From: Acinetobacter wanghuae
GTDB taxonomy: Bacteria; Pseudomonadota; Gammaproteobacteria; Pseudomonadales; Moraxellaceae
Direction: 5' to 3'
DNA: 32,000 nt
Assembly (NCBI RefSeq): GCF_009557235.1
Contig: NZ_CP045650.1
Span: 480,001 to 512,000, forward strand
In this document: positions 9,521 to 22,109 of the stretch, one piece after another
Layout: each line of letters starts with the position of its first letter
Numbering within the stretch: the first letter of the stretch is position 1
The notes under the pieces: model-generated
Database searches by the model: none
The model's input: only the letters and a program-made list of their open reading frames with translations
Told to the model about the DNA's origin: nothing
Made by a program: the position numbers and the translations under genes

Positions 9521-11494
9521 TTATTCACGAGACAGAGCATCGACTGGATTTAAACGTGCGGCATTACGTGCAGGAATGAAACCAAACACAATACCAATGA
9601 GACTTGAGCAGACAAAGGCAGCAATAATTGAAGTGGTTGAATACGCCATTTGGAACGTACCACCAGCAAAATGAGTAATCAGCTGACCAATACCGAGCGA
9701 GAGCAAGACACCCAAAATACCACCAAGAATACAGACTAAAACGGCTTCAATCAGGAACTGCTGCAAGATATCACTTTGACGTGCACCAACTGCCATTCGT
9801 ACGCCAATTTCTTGAGTACGTTCAGTGACAGACACCAACATGATATTCATGACGCCAATACCACCAACCACCAATGAAATGACCGCAATGGCTGAAATCA
9901 GCAAGGTCATCGTTTTCGTGGTTTGTTGAATGGTTTCACGAATACTATCGGCATTTTGGGTAAATACATCTTGTGCGCCATGGCGTTGAACCAACAAATT
10001 CAAGATGGCATTTTCCGCAGCAGCACTTGGGTATTCATCTTTAATACGCACAATAATATTACGTACATTAGACTGACCCAGCATACGGCTCATGACGGTC
10101 GAGTAGGGCAGATACACGTTTAAAGTATCAGAACTGCCCATTCCAGCTTGTGCTTCCACAATACCAATGATTCGGCTTGGTACACTGCCCAATAACAGCA
10201 CTTGACCTACGGGATTAGTGCCATCTTTAAAGAATGTATTTTGGGTGTTGGTATCAATTACGACGTCTTGGGCTTGTTGAGTCACGCTGTGCTTATCAAA
10301 TGCTTGACCTGATTTAAAGTTCAAACCTTTCACATAGAAGAAATCAGCACTCACACCATTCACAGTTGCAGAGGCTTCGACTTCTTTAAAGCGAGCGGTG
10401 ACACTACTGGTTACTGATGGACTCACGCCATCCACATAGGGTTGTTCAGCTAAGGCATCTGCATCGGCAGGAATCAGCGTTTTGGCTTGGGATGATCTAG
10501 AATTATCACCAAAACCGCGACCTTGGAACACGGTAATGGTATTGGTGCCCAAGCTACTAATATTTTCTAAAATTTGCTTTTGCGAGCCATTACCCAGCGC
10601 AACGACGGACACGACCGATGCAATCCCGATAATAATCCCGAGCATAGTCAAGAAGGTTCGCATACGATGTGCATTCATGGCCAAGAGCGCCATACGGAAC
10701 GCTTCACCTAAGCGGTCAAATGCAGCACGCCATGCCGGAATTTTCTTTTGTGGTGCAGGTACAAGCTCCTGTTTGACAAAACCATCTTCGACTTCAGGGA
10801 CATTCGGCTGATCGGAAATAATATTGCCGTCAGAAATCTCAATAATACGCGTAGCATTTTTGGCAACGTTATGATCATGCGTGACCAAAATAATGGTATG
10901 ACCTTTGGCATTCAGCTCACGCAAAATGCGCATGACTTCAATACCACTGTTCTTATCGAGTGCGCCTGTTGGCTCATCGGCAAGAATAACATCACCACCA
11001 TTCATGAGAGCACGTGCAATTGAAACACGCTGTTGCTGACCACCTGAAAGCTGACTTGGACGGTTTTCAGTTTTTTCACCCAAACCAAGGTTGGTCAACA
11101 GTTCAGTCGAGCGCTTATTACGCTCTACCGCATCGGCACCCGCATAAATAGCAGGAACTTCAACGTTGCCCGCTGCGGTTAAATCACCGAGTAGATGATA
11201 GCGCTGGAAAATAAAACCGAAATATTCACGGCGCAATTTTGCCAATTCATCTGCTTCAAGTTCGCGTGTTTCACGCCCTTTTACCTTGTAGCTACCTGTG
11301 GTGGGTTTGTCCAAACAGCCCAAAATGTTCATTAACGTCGATTTACCCGAGCCAGACTGACCGACAATCGCGACCAATTCACCCGGATAAATTTCGAGGT
11401 TTACACCTTTTAAAATCTGAATCGTGCTGTCACCGGCAGGAAACTCACGAATCAGATTTTTGACCTCGAGTAGAGGTTGATTAGATTGGGTCAT
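9521..11494 (-). CDS. macB: MacB-type ABC transporter, fused ATPase-permease
   Basis: 657 aa. The N-terminal ABC domain has Walker A GQSGSGKST, signature LSGGQQQRVSIARAL and Walker B ILADEPTGALD. A large periplasmic domain and a FtsX-like 4-TM region follow. It sits between the adaptor and OMF genes. Confidence 0.95.
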   Translation of the reverse strand: MTQSNQPLLEVKNLIREFPAGDSTIQILKGVNLEIYPGELVAIVGQSGSGKSTLMNILGCLDKPTTGSYKVKGRETRELEADELAKLRREYFGFIFQRYHLLGDLTAAGNVEVPAIYAGADAVERNKRSTELLTNLGLGEKTENRPSQLSGGQQQRVSIARALMNGGDVILADEPTGALDKNSGIEVMRILRELNAKGHTIILVTHDHNVAKNATRIIEISDGNIISDQPNVPEVEDGFVKQELVPAPQKKIPAWRAAFDRLGEAFRMALLAMNAHRMRTFLTMLGIIIGIASVVSVVALGNGSQKQILENISSLGTNTITVFQGRGFGDNSRSSQAKTLIPADADALAEQPYVDGVSPSVTSSVTARFKEVEASATVNGVSADFFYVKGLNFKSGQAFDKHSVTQQAQDVVIDTNTQNTFFKDGTNPVGQVLLLGSVPSRIIGIVEAQAGMGSSDTLNVYLPYSTVMSRMLGQSNVRNIIVRIKDEYPSAAAENAILNLLVQRHGAQDVFTQNADSIRETIQQTTKTMTLLISAIAVISLVVGGIGVMNIMLVSVTERTQEIGVRMAVGARQSDILQQFLIEAVLVCILGGILGVLLSLGIGQLITHFAGGTFQMAYSTTSIIAAFVCSSLIGIVFGFIPARNAARLNPVDALSRE

Positions 11495-11496
11495 GA

Positions 11497-12843
11497 TTAC
11501 ATTCTCATTGGACCAGCACCTGGGCCACGGCTACCACCGCTGCTACGTTTTGCTGCGTTATTAGAAGAATCAGAGCCATCTGCAATTACAACTTGATCGC
11601 CTTTTTTCAAACCTTTGATAATTTGAGCAGTCACACGGTTGTTTAAACCAACAAGAATAGGGGTTGGTTTAGCTGTACCATCCGCTTGTACCACACGAAC
11701 CATTGCGCGCGTTGCTTTACCTTGCGCAATCAAACTACGTTCTGCATCAGATAATTCCAAACGCTGAGGACGATCGCCTGTACCACGTTCAGCATGTTGA
11801 CCACGTGCGCTAGCTTCGCTTGCTGCACCCGAACCTTCACCACGGCTACGTTGTGGACGGTTTGAGCTTTCAATCGCAGAAGCAGGAATGGTCAGTACAT
11901 TTTTCGCTTCATCAAGCACAATATACACTTGCGCGGTCATATCAATACGCAGTTTGCCGTCTTCATTCGGCACATCAAACAAAGCGTTGTAATACACGGC
12001 TGAACTTGAAGATGACGCCGTATTGGTGTCGGTATTAATAGAGTTTGGAGCAGGCTCAACTTGGCGAAGTTTCGCATAAATTTTCTTTTCACTGTTGCCA
12101 AGGGTCGTGAAGTAAACCGATTGACCTTCTTCCACTTTCATGACATCGGCTTCAGAAATTTCAGCTTTAATGGTCATGTTGTCTAATTTAGCCAGCTTTA
12201 CAATGGTTGGTGCACTTTGGTTCGCGTTCACGGTTTGACCTTCTTCAGTCACAATCGCGACAATCGTACCGTCCATCGGTGCAACAATTTGGGTATAGCC
12301 TAAGTCTTCTTTGGCTGTTGCAAGCGTTAAACGCGATTGTTCAATCTGTGCATTGATGGCCGTGATTTCAGCTTGTGCTGTTTTAAAGCTTGCCATTGCC
12401 GCTTCTAGCTCAGATTTTGAGGTTGCATCTTGAGCATACATGGCTTTTTGGCGGTTATATTCTGCTTCTACTTTCGCCAAATTCGCTTGTTTTACCGTCA
12501 ATTGCGCTTGTTGATTTTTAATGCTGGCTTCAGCGGTTTTCAATTCATTTTCTTGACGCACAGAATCAATACGCGCAATCAGTTGACCTTGTTTAACTTG
12601 ATCGCCCAACTGCACATACATTTTTTTGACCTGACCCGAGACCTGAGCACCTACGCTCACCATTTTGGTCGCTTCAAGTACACCTGTTGCCAACACGGAG
12701 TTTTCAATATCGCCTGTGGTGACTTCAGCCGTAATGAATTGCATTGGTTTTTCTTTTGGTTTGAGGAAGTACCATGCGGTCGCTGCGACAGCAATGGCAA
12801 TCACGACAGCCATAATCAGTTTAGTCGGTTTTATTTTTGGCAT
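11497..12843 (-). CDS. macA: MacA-type periplasmic adaptor (HlyD/RND MFP family)
   Basis: A signal-anchor KLIMAVVIAIAVAATAWYF is followed by a long alpha-hairpin (QQAQLTVKQANLAKVEAEYNRQKAMY...) and lipoyl/beta-barrel regions. ATG 12843 is taken as the start; the track's TTG at 12852 is an alternative. The stop is 2 nt before the macB start. Confidence 0.9.
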   Translation of the reverse strand: MPKIKPTKLIMAVVIAIAVAATAWYFLKPKEKPMQFITAEVTTGDIENSVLATGVLEATKMVSVGAQVSGQVKKMYVQLGDQVKQGQLIARIDSVRQENELKTAEASIKNQQAQLTVKQANLAKVEAEYNRQKAMYAQDATSKSELEAAMASFKTAQAEITAINAQIEQSRLTLATAKEDLGYTQIVAPMDGTIVAIVTEEGQTVNANQSAPTIVKLAKLDNMTIKAEISEADVMKVEEGQSVYFTTLGNSEKKIYAKLRQVEPAPNSINTDTNTASSSSSAVYYNALFDVPNEDGKLRIDMTAQVYIVLDEAKNVLTIPASAIESSNRPQRSRGEGSGAASEASARGQHAERGTGDRPQRLELSDAERSLIAQGKATRAMVRVVQADGTAKPTPILVGLNNRVTAQIIKGLKKGDQVVIADGSDSSNNAAKRSSGGSRGPGAGPMRM

Positions 12844-12962
12844 GATGAACAAATTTAAGTCGGAGATTTGATTGTGATTATAGAATCGAATTGAGGATAA
12901 ATCGTGAATTTTTTTAACAAATAAGAATGATTATTATTTTATTTATCTAATTTTAAAGGGAT

Positions 12963-13949
12963 TTAATGGAACAGAGATTTGCCACACATACTCGCAATTG
13001 CCTGTTGTACAAGGTGTTCAGCATTCTCGTGACCTAAGCCTTTGATGGATGCGTCGATTCTAATTAAGAGCGAAGGCCATGCTAAAAACGTTTGCGGACT
13101 TAAACGACGTAAGGCTTGTTGATACTGACTGACTTTAGTTTTCCAAATACCGAGTTGTAAAGCATTTTGCGGTTGTTCAAACAGTTGCATGAGCAAACGC
13201 ATCTCTTTACTAATACTCCACAAAATTAAACTTAAGGGTTCACCTGAAGCCATTAAATATTGAAATATTTTAATCGACTGGGCAAGATTACCCGCCAATA
13301 AGGCATCACTTAAGTCATAAGTGCTATAGCGTGATTGATCTTGTAGACATGCATATAAATGCTCAATCTCGATGACATCGACTTCAGCAAACGTATCTGA
13401 TACACGCATCAAGCTATTTTTTGCTGCCAGCAAATTATGTTCGTGATGTTGTTCAAGCCAAGCCCACGCATCATTAGCAAGTTTAATCCCAAGTTTATCT
13501 GCTTCAATGGCTAAAATTTGTTGACGATCACGAGGGTAATTGGCAGTAAGTGCGACATTGACGCCATTGGCATCAATGGTTTGGAAGAAACTGGTTTTTA
13601 AACTGCTGCTGTCTTGTTTTGGCATGACGATCAAAAGCAAGTTCTGCTCATTATGCTGTAAGAAACTTTTGAGGAGCTTAAGACCTGCTGCATCGGGTTT
13701 GATATTGCCATGTACTTCAACCGCAAGTTGGGTTGAAAACAATGACAAACTGTTTAAAGCATTAAATACAGTTTTCCAGTCACTCACCGAGCTAATGTCA
13801 TAACGTTGACGTTCAATCTCTTGCTTTTGCCAACTCGCACGGAAGGCATCCATCAAGTTCTGTTCAAGTAAAGGCTCTTGACCATGCAAAACCCATGCAC
13901 CGCGAGCGTCATCGACACGTTTAAGGGCTTGCAGATAGTCAATTTTCAT
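12963..13949 (-). CDS. holA: DNA polymerase III delta subunit
   Basis: MKIDYLQALKRVDDARGAWVLHGQEPLLEQ...LSLFSTQLAVEV... and the leuS-lptE-holA gene order. ATG 13949 is preferred; the track's 14042 start would overlap the lptE 3' end by 83 nt. Confidence 0.88.
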   Translation of the reverse strand: MKIDYLQALKRVDDARGAWVLHGQEPLLEQNLMDAFRASWQKQEIERQRYDISSVSDWKTVFNALNSLSLFSTQLAVEVHGNIKPDAAGLKLLKSFLQHNEQNLLLIVMPKQDSSSLKTSFFQTIDANGVNVALTANYPRDRQQILAIEADKLGIKLANDAWAWLEQHHEHNLLAAKNSLMRVSDTFAEVDVIEIEHLYACLQDQSRYSTYDLSDALLAGNLAQSIKIFQYLMASGEPLSLILWSISKEMRLLMQLFEQPQNALQLGIWKTKVSQYQQALRRLSPQTFLAWPSLLIRIDASIKGLGHENAEHLVQQAIASMCGKSLFH

Positions 13950-13959
13950 AATGAGGTCT

Positions 13960-14484
13960 TTATTTGGCAGCAGAAGTATTTTGGATAAGCGGTAAACGAT
14001 TTGATGAAATTTGACGTGCAATTTGCTGTGCAATGTCATCAATAATCACTTGGTTTAAGTATTTTTGTTCTTGGTCATCGGTATTCACGGTTTCGATATC
14101 ATATTGATAACTACGTGTTGCCAATAATGTACGCGGTTCAGTAAGTGGATTACCTTGCGCATCTTCAATACGGAACGTCACATTTAAACGCAGTAATGTT
14201 TCAACCAATTTACCATTGAGTTCTAAGCGGCGTGGGGTGTAATCCAAAATGCGAAGCGTGTAGGCATCGGGTTGGTTACTGAGCTGAACGCCTGCAGCAC
14301 CTAAATACATGACCAATTTTTCTTCAAGTTCTTCAGTATTGGCAGGCATAATCAAATTCAATTTTTGATATGCAATGGGTGCAACACTTGGGTTCATGCC
14401 TTTTAAATGAAAGCCACAGCCGACTAAACCTGCACTTAGACCACAAGTTAAAACAATGACTGCTAAACGGTTGCCTAAACGCAT
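13960..14484 (-). CDS. lptE: LPS-assembly lipoprotein LptE (RlpB)
   Basis: 174 aa. It has a lipobox LSAGLVGCGFHLKG (the typical LptE start) and sits between leuS and holA. Confidence 0.9.
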   Translation of the reverse strand: MRLGNRLAVIVLTCGLSAGLVGCGFHLKGMNPSVAPIAYQKLNLIMPANTEELEEKLVMYLGAAGVQLSNQPDAYTLRILDYTPRRLELNGKLVETLLRLNVTFRIEDAQGNPLTEPRTLLATRSYQYDIETVNTDDQEQKYLNQVIIDDIAQQIARQISSNRLPLIQNTSAAK

Positions 14485-14543
14485 GTTTATCCTCTTTTCC
14501 CAAACGGGAATGATTAAAAAATTCTATAGGGGATTGTAAAGTC

Positions 14544-14570
14544 AAAGCCCGTTGACTGGCAACGGGCTTT
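14544..14570 (-). other. 10-bp perfect hairpin in the leuS-lptE spacer (possible attenuator or weak terminator)
   Basis: aaagcccgtt-gactggc-aacgggcttt. There is only a short T stretch on either strand, so the termination strength is unclear. Confidence 0.4.
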
Positions 14571-14600
14571 GTTTGGGAATTGTGAAATCCTTAAGTTCCA

Positions 14601-14758
14601 CTCTTTAATAAAGAGGGTAAAGCCTCCCTTTTTTAAAGGGAGGTTTGGAGGGATTATTCCTTGAAGTTCCTTCTCTTGCGCCATATATGGCTCAGGGGGA
14701 AGGTTAGGATGAGGGGTTGTTATTTACCTCTCCCTAACCCTCTCCTGAGAGGAGAGGG
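14601..14758. repeat. REP-like intergenic hairpin cluster, same family as 2072-2154
   Basis: Hairpins: ctcttt-aat-aaagag (14601-14615), cctcccttt-ttt-aaagggagg (14623-14643) and ccctctcct-gag-aggagaggg (14738-14758). Also present are the linker gtttggagggatta, the 12-nt palindrome gccatatatggc (14680-14691), and an imperfect inverted pair ggaaggttaggatgagggg / cctctccctaaccctctcc. Confidence 0.7.
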
Positions 14759-14770
14759 AACACAAGGAAT

Positions 14771-17413
<2,643 letters not shown>

Positions 17414-17514
17414 TTAAAAATTTAAGGCACAGCATAGCGCAAAATGCACCTAAAAGTGAATTTTGCGCCGTCTTTTCTTGATGAAATGATGCGGTATTTT
17501 TTTAGAGAGAAAGC

Positions 17515-17847
17515 TTAAACGGCAGGCGTCGTAGTTTCAGCAGGTGCCGCTTGTTCCGATTCAGCGGGCTGTGGTGTGCTTTGTTGAACAGGGACTTGCT
17601 GTGGTGTATTTGATTCATACGCGGGTTGTTCTGCTGTACGTGGCAGCGTTGGTGCCGAATTTTTCCAACCATAGGTTTCAACTTTGGCTTTTTTCTTTGC
17701 AGAAGCAGGTGGCGGTGTCTTGGTGTAATGCGTCGTGCCTTTGGAATCGACCCATTTATAATAGTCGGTGGCGAAACTTGTACTACTCACTGACCTTAAA
17801 AGCACAGCACAGCTTAACCCGAAGCAAGAAGATAATAATTTTGGCAT
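17515..17847 (-). CDS. DUF4124-domain secreted protein with a Pro/Gln-rich tail
   Basis: 110 aa. It has a signal peptide, then YKWVDSKGTTHYTKTPPP (the DUF4124 signature as I recall it), then a low-complexity P/Q/A/E tail. Confidence 0.7.
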   Translation of the reverse strand: MPKLLSSCFGLSCAVLLRSVSSTSFATDYYKWVDSKGTTHYTKTPPPASAKKKAKVETYGWKNSAPTLPRTAEQPAYESNTPQQVPVQQSTPQPAESEQAAPAETTTPAV

Positions 17848-18216
17848 GACCCTGAATCCTCATTATTTTAATGATCATATAACCCATATTGTATTTAAAT
17901 TTGACGCATGCCAGTGCAATGTTTATCTGTTTTTTTGTGACGTTGAGCGGATTGATCTTCAAAATCATTCCGCATTGAACACAATTTTAAAATTCCACTT
18001 TTGAGATGCTGATATCGCCCTATATTCATTTATAAAAAATCATTCATTTTTTTTATATAAAACATATTAAAAATTTATAAAATAAAAATGTTAAACATAT
18101 GAAAAATAAATATTTATTACTATTTTGAAATGAAGGTTTTAAGAGGGTAAATCATAGATTGGATGGAAATGCAGCAGATCTATACTTTTTTTCTTGAAAT
18201 TGCTTGTTTTTTAAAC

Positions 18217-18245
18217 TTGACATTAATGGCTGAACACACAAGAAT
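18217..18245 (+). promoter_or_regulatory. Candidate sigma70 promoter for ilvIH-ilvC
   Basis: Consensus -35 TTGACA (18217-18222), a 17-nt spacer, then -10-like AAGAAT (18240-18245). It lies about 285 nt upstream of the ilvI start. This rests on sequence pattern only. Confidence 0.3.
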
Positions 18246-18528
18246 GCTGCAATAGTTTTATATGCCTTATCTCGATCACCCTTCGAATAAGTGACATTTC
18301 ATGCAATGGGCGATTTCTCTAGCCGAGAGATTGAACAAAGCGACCAAAATGTGTTTATCCCAACATGTTTTAGATCTTGTATTGCTCGAACAGCAGAGAG
18401 ATCAGATTTTTTTCCTATTGCTTTGAAAACTATGAAATTTATGTGCTATAACAGTGCATAGAGTTAACAAATGAAACACGGCAAATGCCTCCCATTTGTG
18501 CAGTGAAATAATATTAGGGTGAATCACG

Positions 18529-20256
18529 TTGGAACTTCTATCTGGTGGTGAAATGCTTGTTCGTGCATTAGCGGACGAAGGCGTTGAACATGTTTTTGGA
18601 TACCCAGGCGGCGCAGTACTTCATATTTATGATGCGCTTTTTCAGCAAGATCGAATTAACCATTACCTCGTTCGTCACGAACAAGCTGCCGGTCACATGG
18701 CGGATGCTTACTCGCGCGTAACAGGTAAGACCGGTGTTGTCCTTGTGACATCGGGTCCGGGCGCGACCAATACCGTGACGCCAATTGCAACAGCTTACAT
18801 GGACTCAATCCCAATGGTGATTTTGTCAGGTCAGGTTGCAAGTCATTTGATTGGTGAGGACGCGTTCCAAGAAACCGATATGGTCGGTATTTCTCGTCCA
18901 ATCGTAAAACACAGTTTCCAAGTGCGTCACGCAAGCGAAATCCCTGCGATCATTAAGAAAGCGTTTTATATCGCATCCTCTGGTCGTCCGGGTCCTGTTG
19001 TGATCGACATTCCGAAAGATGTCACTAATCCGATCGATAAATTTGCGTACGAATATCCTGAAAAAGTGAAGATGCGTTCGTATCAACCACCGTATCGTGG
19101 TCACTCAGGTCAAATTCGTAAAGCCATTGAAGAACTTATTCACGCAAAACGTCCTGTAATTTATTCAGGCGGTGGTGTGGTTCAAGGCAATGCATCAGCA
19201 CAATTGACTGAGCTTGCACATTTACTTGGTTTCCCTGTGACCAATACCTTGATGGGGCTTGGCGCATTCCCAGGTGATGATGAACAGTTCATCGGTATGC
19301 TTGGTATGCACGGCACGTATGAAGCCAATATGACCATGCACAATGCAGATGTGATTTTGTGTGTGGGTGCGCGCTTCGATGACCGTGTCACCAATAATCC
19401 TGCAAAATTCTGTCCAAATGCGAAAGTGATTCATATTGATATCGACCCAGCGACGATTTCAAAAACCATCATGGCGCACATTCCAATCGTAGGCGCAGTT
19501 GAGCCGGTATTGAATGAAATGTTGGTACAGTTGAAACAGCTTAATGTATCTAAGCCGAACCCTGAAGCAATTGCAGCTTGGTGGTCTCAGATTAATGAAT
19601 GGCGCAAAGTGCATGGTGGACGTTTTGAAGCGGCTGTTGACGGTGGTATGAAACCGCAACAAGTGGTTCAAGCTTTAGATAAAGTAACCAATGGTGATGC
19701 AATCATTACCTCTGACGTGGGTCAGCATCAAATGTTTGGTGCAATGTATTACAAATACAAACGTCCGCGTCAATGGATCAACTCAGGTGGTCTAGGTACC
19801 ATGGGTGTGGGCTTGCCATATGCAATGGCTGCGAAACTCGCGTTCCCAGATCAGCAAGTGGTATGTATCACGGGTGAAGCATCGATTCAGATGTGTATCC
19901 AAGAGCTTTCAACCTGTAAGCAATACGGCTTGAACGTAAAAATCTTGTGCTTGAATAACCGTGCATTAGGTATGGTAAAACAATGGCAAGACATGAACTA
20001 CGAAGGTCGTCATTCGAGCTCTTATGTTGAGTCACTGCCTGACTTTGCGAAATTGATGGAAGCTTATGGGCATGTTGGCATTCAAATTGATCATGCTGAT
20101 GAGCTTGAATCGAAACTTGCTGAAGCCATGGCAATTAACGATAAATGCGTATTTATTAATGTAATGGTTGACCGCGCTGAACATGTTTATCCGATGTTGG
20201 TAGCGGGTCAATCCATGCAAGATATGTGGTTAAGCAAAGGGGAGCGCACAGCATGA
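18529..20256 (+). CDS. ilvI: Acetolactate synthase (acetohydroxy-acid synthase) large subunit
   Basis: 575 aa. [37 protein letters not shown] aligns with the E. coli IlvI N-terminus, which supports the TTG start (AGGGTGA upstream). It has a ThDP motif region [19 protein letters not shown]...NNRALGMV. Confidence 0.95.
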   Translation: MELLSGGEMLVRALADEGVEHVFGYPGGAVLHIYDALFQQDRINHYLVRHEQAAGHMADAYSRVTGKTGVVLVTSGPGATNTVTPIATAYMDSIPMVILSGQVASHLIGEDAFQETDMVGISRPIVKHSFQVRHASEIPAIIKKAFYIASSGRPGPVVIDIPKDVTNPIDKFAYEYPEKVKMRSYQPPYRGHSGQIRKAIEELIHAKRPVIYSGGGVVQGNASAQLTELAHLLGFPVTNTLMGLGAFPGDDEQFIGMLGMHGTYEANMTMHNADVILCVGARFDDRVTNNPAKFCPNAKVIHIDIDPATISKTIMAHIPIVGAVEPVLNEMLVQLKQLNVSKPNPEAIAAWWSQINEWRKVHGGRFEAAVDGGMKPQQVVQALDKVTNGDAIITSDVGQHQMFGAMYYKYKRPRQWINSGGLGTMGVGLPYAMAAKLAFPDQQVVCITGEASIQMCIQELSTCKQYGLNVKILCLNNRALGMVKQWQDMNYEGRHSSSYVESLPDFAKLMEAYGHVGIQIDHADELESKLAEAMAINDKCVFINVMVDRAEHVYPMLVAGQSMQDMWLSKGERTA

Positions 20257-20744
20257 GACATATCATCTCTGTACTTGTTGAAAACGAAGCTGGCGCGCTT
20301 TCACGTTTAGTGGGGTTGTTCTCTCAACGTGGTTATAACATTGAGACCTTGAACGTTGCTCCAACTGAAGACCCAACGCTTTCGCGTTTGACCTTAACCA
20401 CTTATGGCGATGACCATAAGATCGAGCAAATCACCAAGCAACTCAATAAATTGGTTGAAGTGGTGAAAGTGGTTGATTTGTCTGAAGGTGCGCATATTGA
20501 GCGTGAACTCATGCTCATTAAAGTAAAAGCCTTGGGTTCAGCACGCACTGAAATTAAAAATACCGCAGACATTTTCCGTGGTCAGATTGTCGATGTGACA
20601 CCAACGACATATACCATTCAAATTGCCGGTACAACTGAAAAAATTGACGCGTTTATTGAAGCCTTAGCTGAAAATACCATTTTAGAAGTGGTGCGTTCAG
20701 GTGTTTCAGGCATCGCACGCGGTGAAAAAGTTTTAACTATCTAA
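20253..20744 (+). CDS. ilvH: Acetolactate synthase small (regulatory, ACT-domain) subunit
   Basis: [48 protein letters not shown] is the classic IlvH/IlvN ACT domain. ATG 20253 overlaps the ilvI TGA (ATGA), and the track's earlier start at 20226 is inside ilvI. Confidence 0.93.
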   Translation: MRHIISVLVENEAGALSRLVGLFSQRGYNIETLNVAPTEDPTLSRLTLTTYGDDHKIEQITKQLNKLVEVVKVVDLSEGAHIERELMLIKVKALGSARTEIKNTADIFRGQIVDVTPTTYTIQIAGTTEKIDAFIEALAENTILEVVRSGVSGIARGEKVLTI

Positions 20745-20813
20745 TTTAAATATTTCCTCATCCCAATAAGAAGAGGGTATCAGGCAATGTTTTATAACAG
20801 GGTCATTGCCTGA

Positions 20814-21866
<1,053 letters not shown>

Positions 21867-21884
21867 GTTCTAATTTCTAAATCG

Positions 21885-21914
21885 AAAAGCCCTTGTTTTT
21901 ACAAGGGCTTTTTT
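21885..21914 (+). terminator. Rho-independent terminator after ilvC
   Basis: aaaagcccttgt-tttt-acaagggctttttt: a 12-bp stem plus a T-run, 18 nt after the ilvC stop. Confidence 0.85.
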
Positions 21915-21970
21915 ATGACTTATAAAAACTGACTTATGTGATGTGATCTGCGAGTTGAACTTCGTGCCTC

Positions 21971-22001
21971 AAATAGATGAAAGCAGTGCTTTCATCTATT
22001 T
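21971..22001. other. Perfect 14-bp stem / 3-nt loop hairpin of unknown role
   Basis: aaatagatgaaagc-agt-gctttcatctattt. There is no clear U-tract after it on either strand. It ends 5 nt before the ilvC 3' relic. Confidence 0.6.
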
Positions 22002-22006
22002 TCGTA

Positions 22007-22051
22007 CCTTGGATTCAAGCAAATAAAATCGTTGATAAAGAAAAGAACTAA
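22007..22051 (+). pseudogene. Relic second copy of the last 14 codons plus stop of ilvC
   Basis: cct tgg att caa gca aat aaa atc gtt gat aaa gaa aag aac taa encodes [14 protein letters not shown], identical to the ilvC C-terminus (21822-21866). 40/45 nt are identical, and all 5 differences are synonymous third positions. Homology stops upstream of 22007. Confidence 0.85.
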
Positions 22052-22080
22052 TTTTCTTATCTAGCTGATTTTTATGCTAT

Positions 22081-22109
22081 AAAAAACCCTGCGTAAGCGG
22101 GGTTTTTTT
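22081..22109. terminator. Terminator-like hairpin following the ilvC relic
   Basis: aaaaaa-ccctgc-gtaa-gcgggg-ttttttt. The T-run ends at 22109, directly abutting the ATG of the next ORF at 22110. Confidence 0.7.

Noticed and set aside
8092-12852. The three-gene efflux cluster as a candidate novel system
   Set aside because: It has the canonical MacA-MacB-outer membrane factor organisation with all expected motifs. It is a known family, and nothing is unexplained apart from the low-complexity MacA segments.
12430-12858. 142-aa ORF (and 12665..12871, 11820..12038) on the plus strand within macA
   Set aside because: It is entirely antisense to a well-supported adaptor gene. The sequence is low-complexity and Phe/Arg-rich, typical of the mirror frame of a coiled-coil coding region. 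It has no SD and no independent intergenic context.
13950-14042. N-terminal extensions implied by the track's longest ORFs (holA from 14042, fabI from 1214, ilvH from 20226, OMF from 9540)
   Set aside because: Each extension overlaps the upstream gene or adds residues with no counterpart in the family. Internal ATGs (13949, 1253, 20253, 9510) give canonical N-termini and sensible spacing or coupling.
14601-14758. Possible small CRISPR array suggested by clustered palindromic repeats
   Set aside because: The units are not identical, are only 15-21 nt long, are irregularly spaced without unique spacers of constant length, and no cas genes are nearby. A related cluster at 2072-2154 points to a REP-type family instead.
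18301-18426. 41-codon ORF in the ilvIH leader as a classical ilv attenuator peptide
   Set aside because: It has only scattered Leu/Val codons (VLDLVLL, FFLLL) rather than a dense regulatory run, is longer than known leaders, and has no convincing terminator/antiterminator pair that I could fold by eye. It is kept only as a note inside the upstream-region finding.
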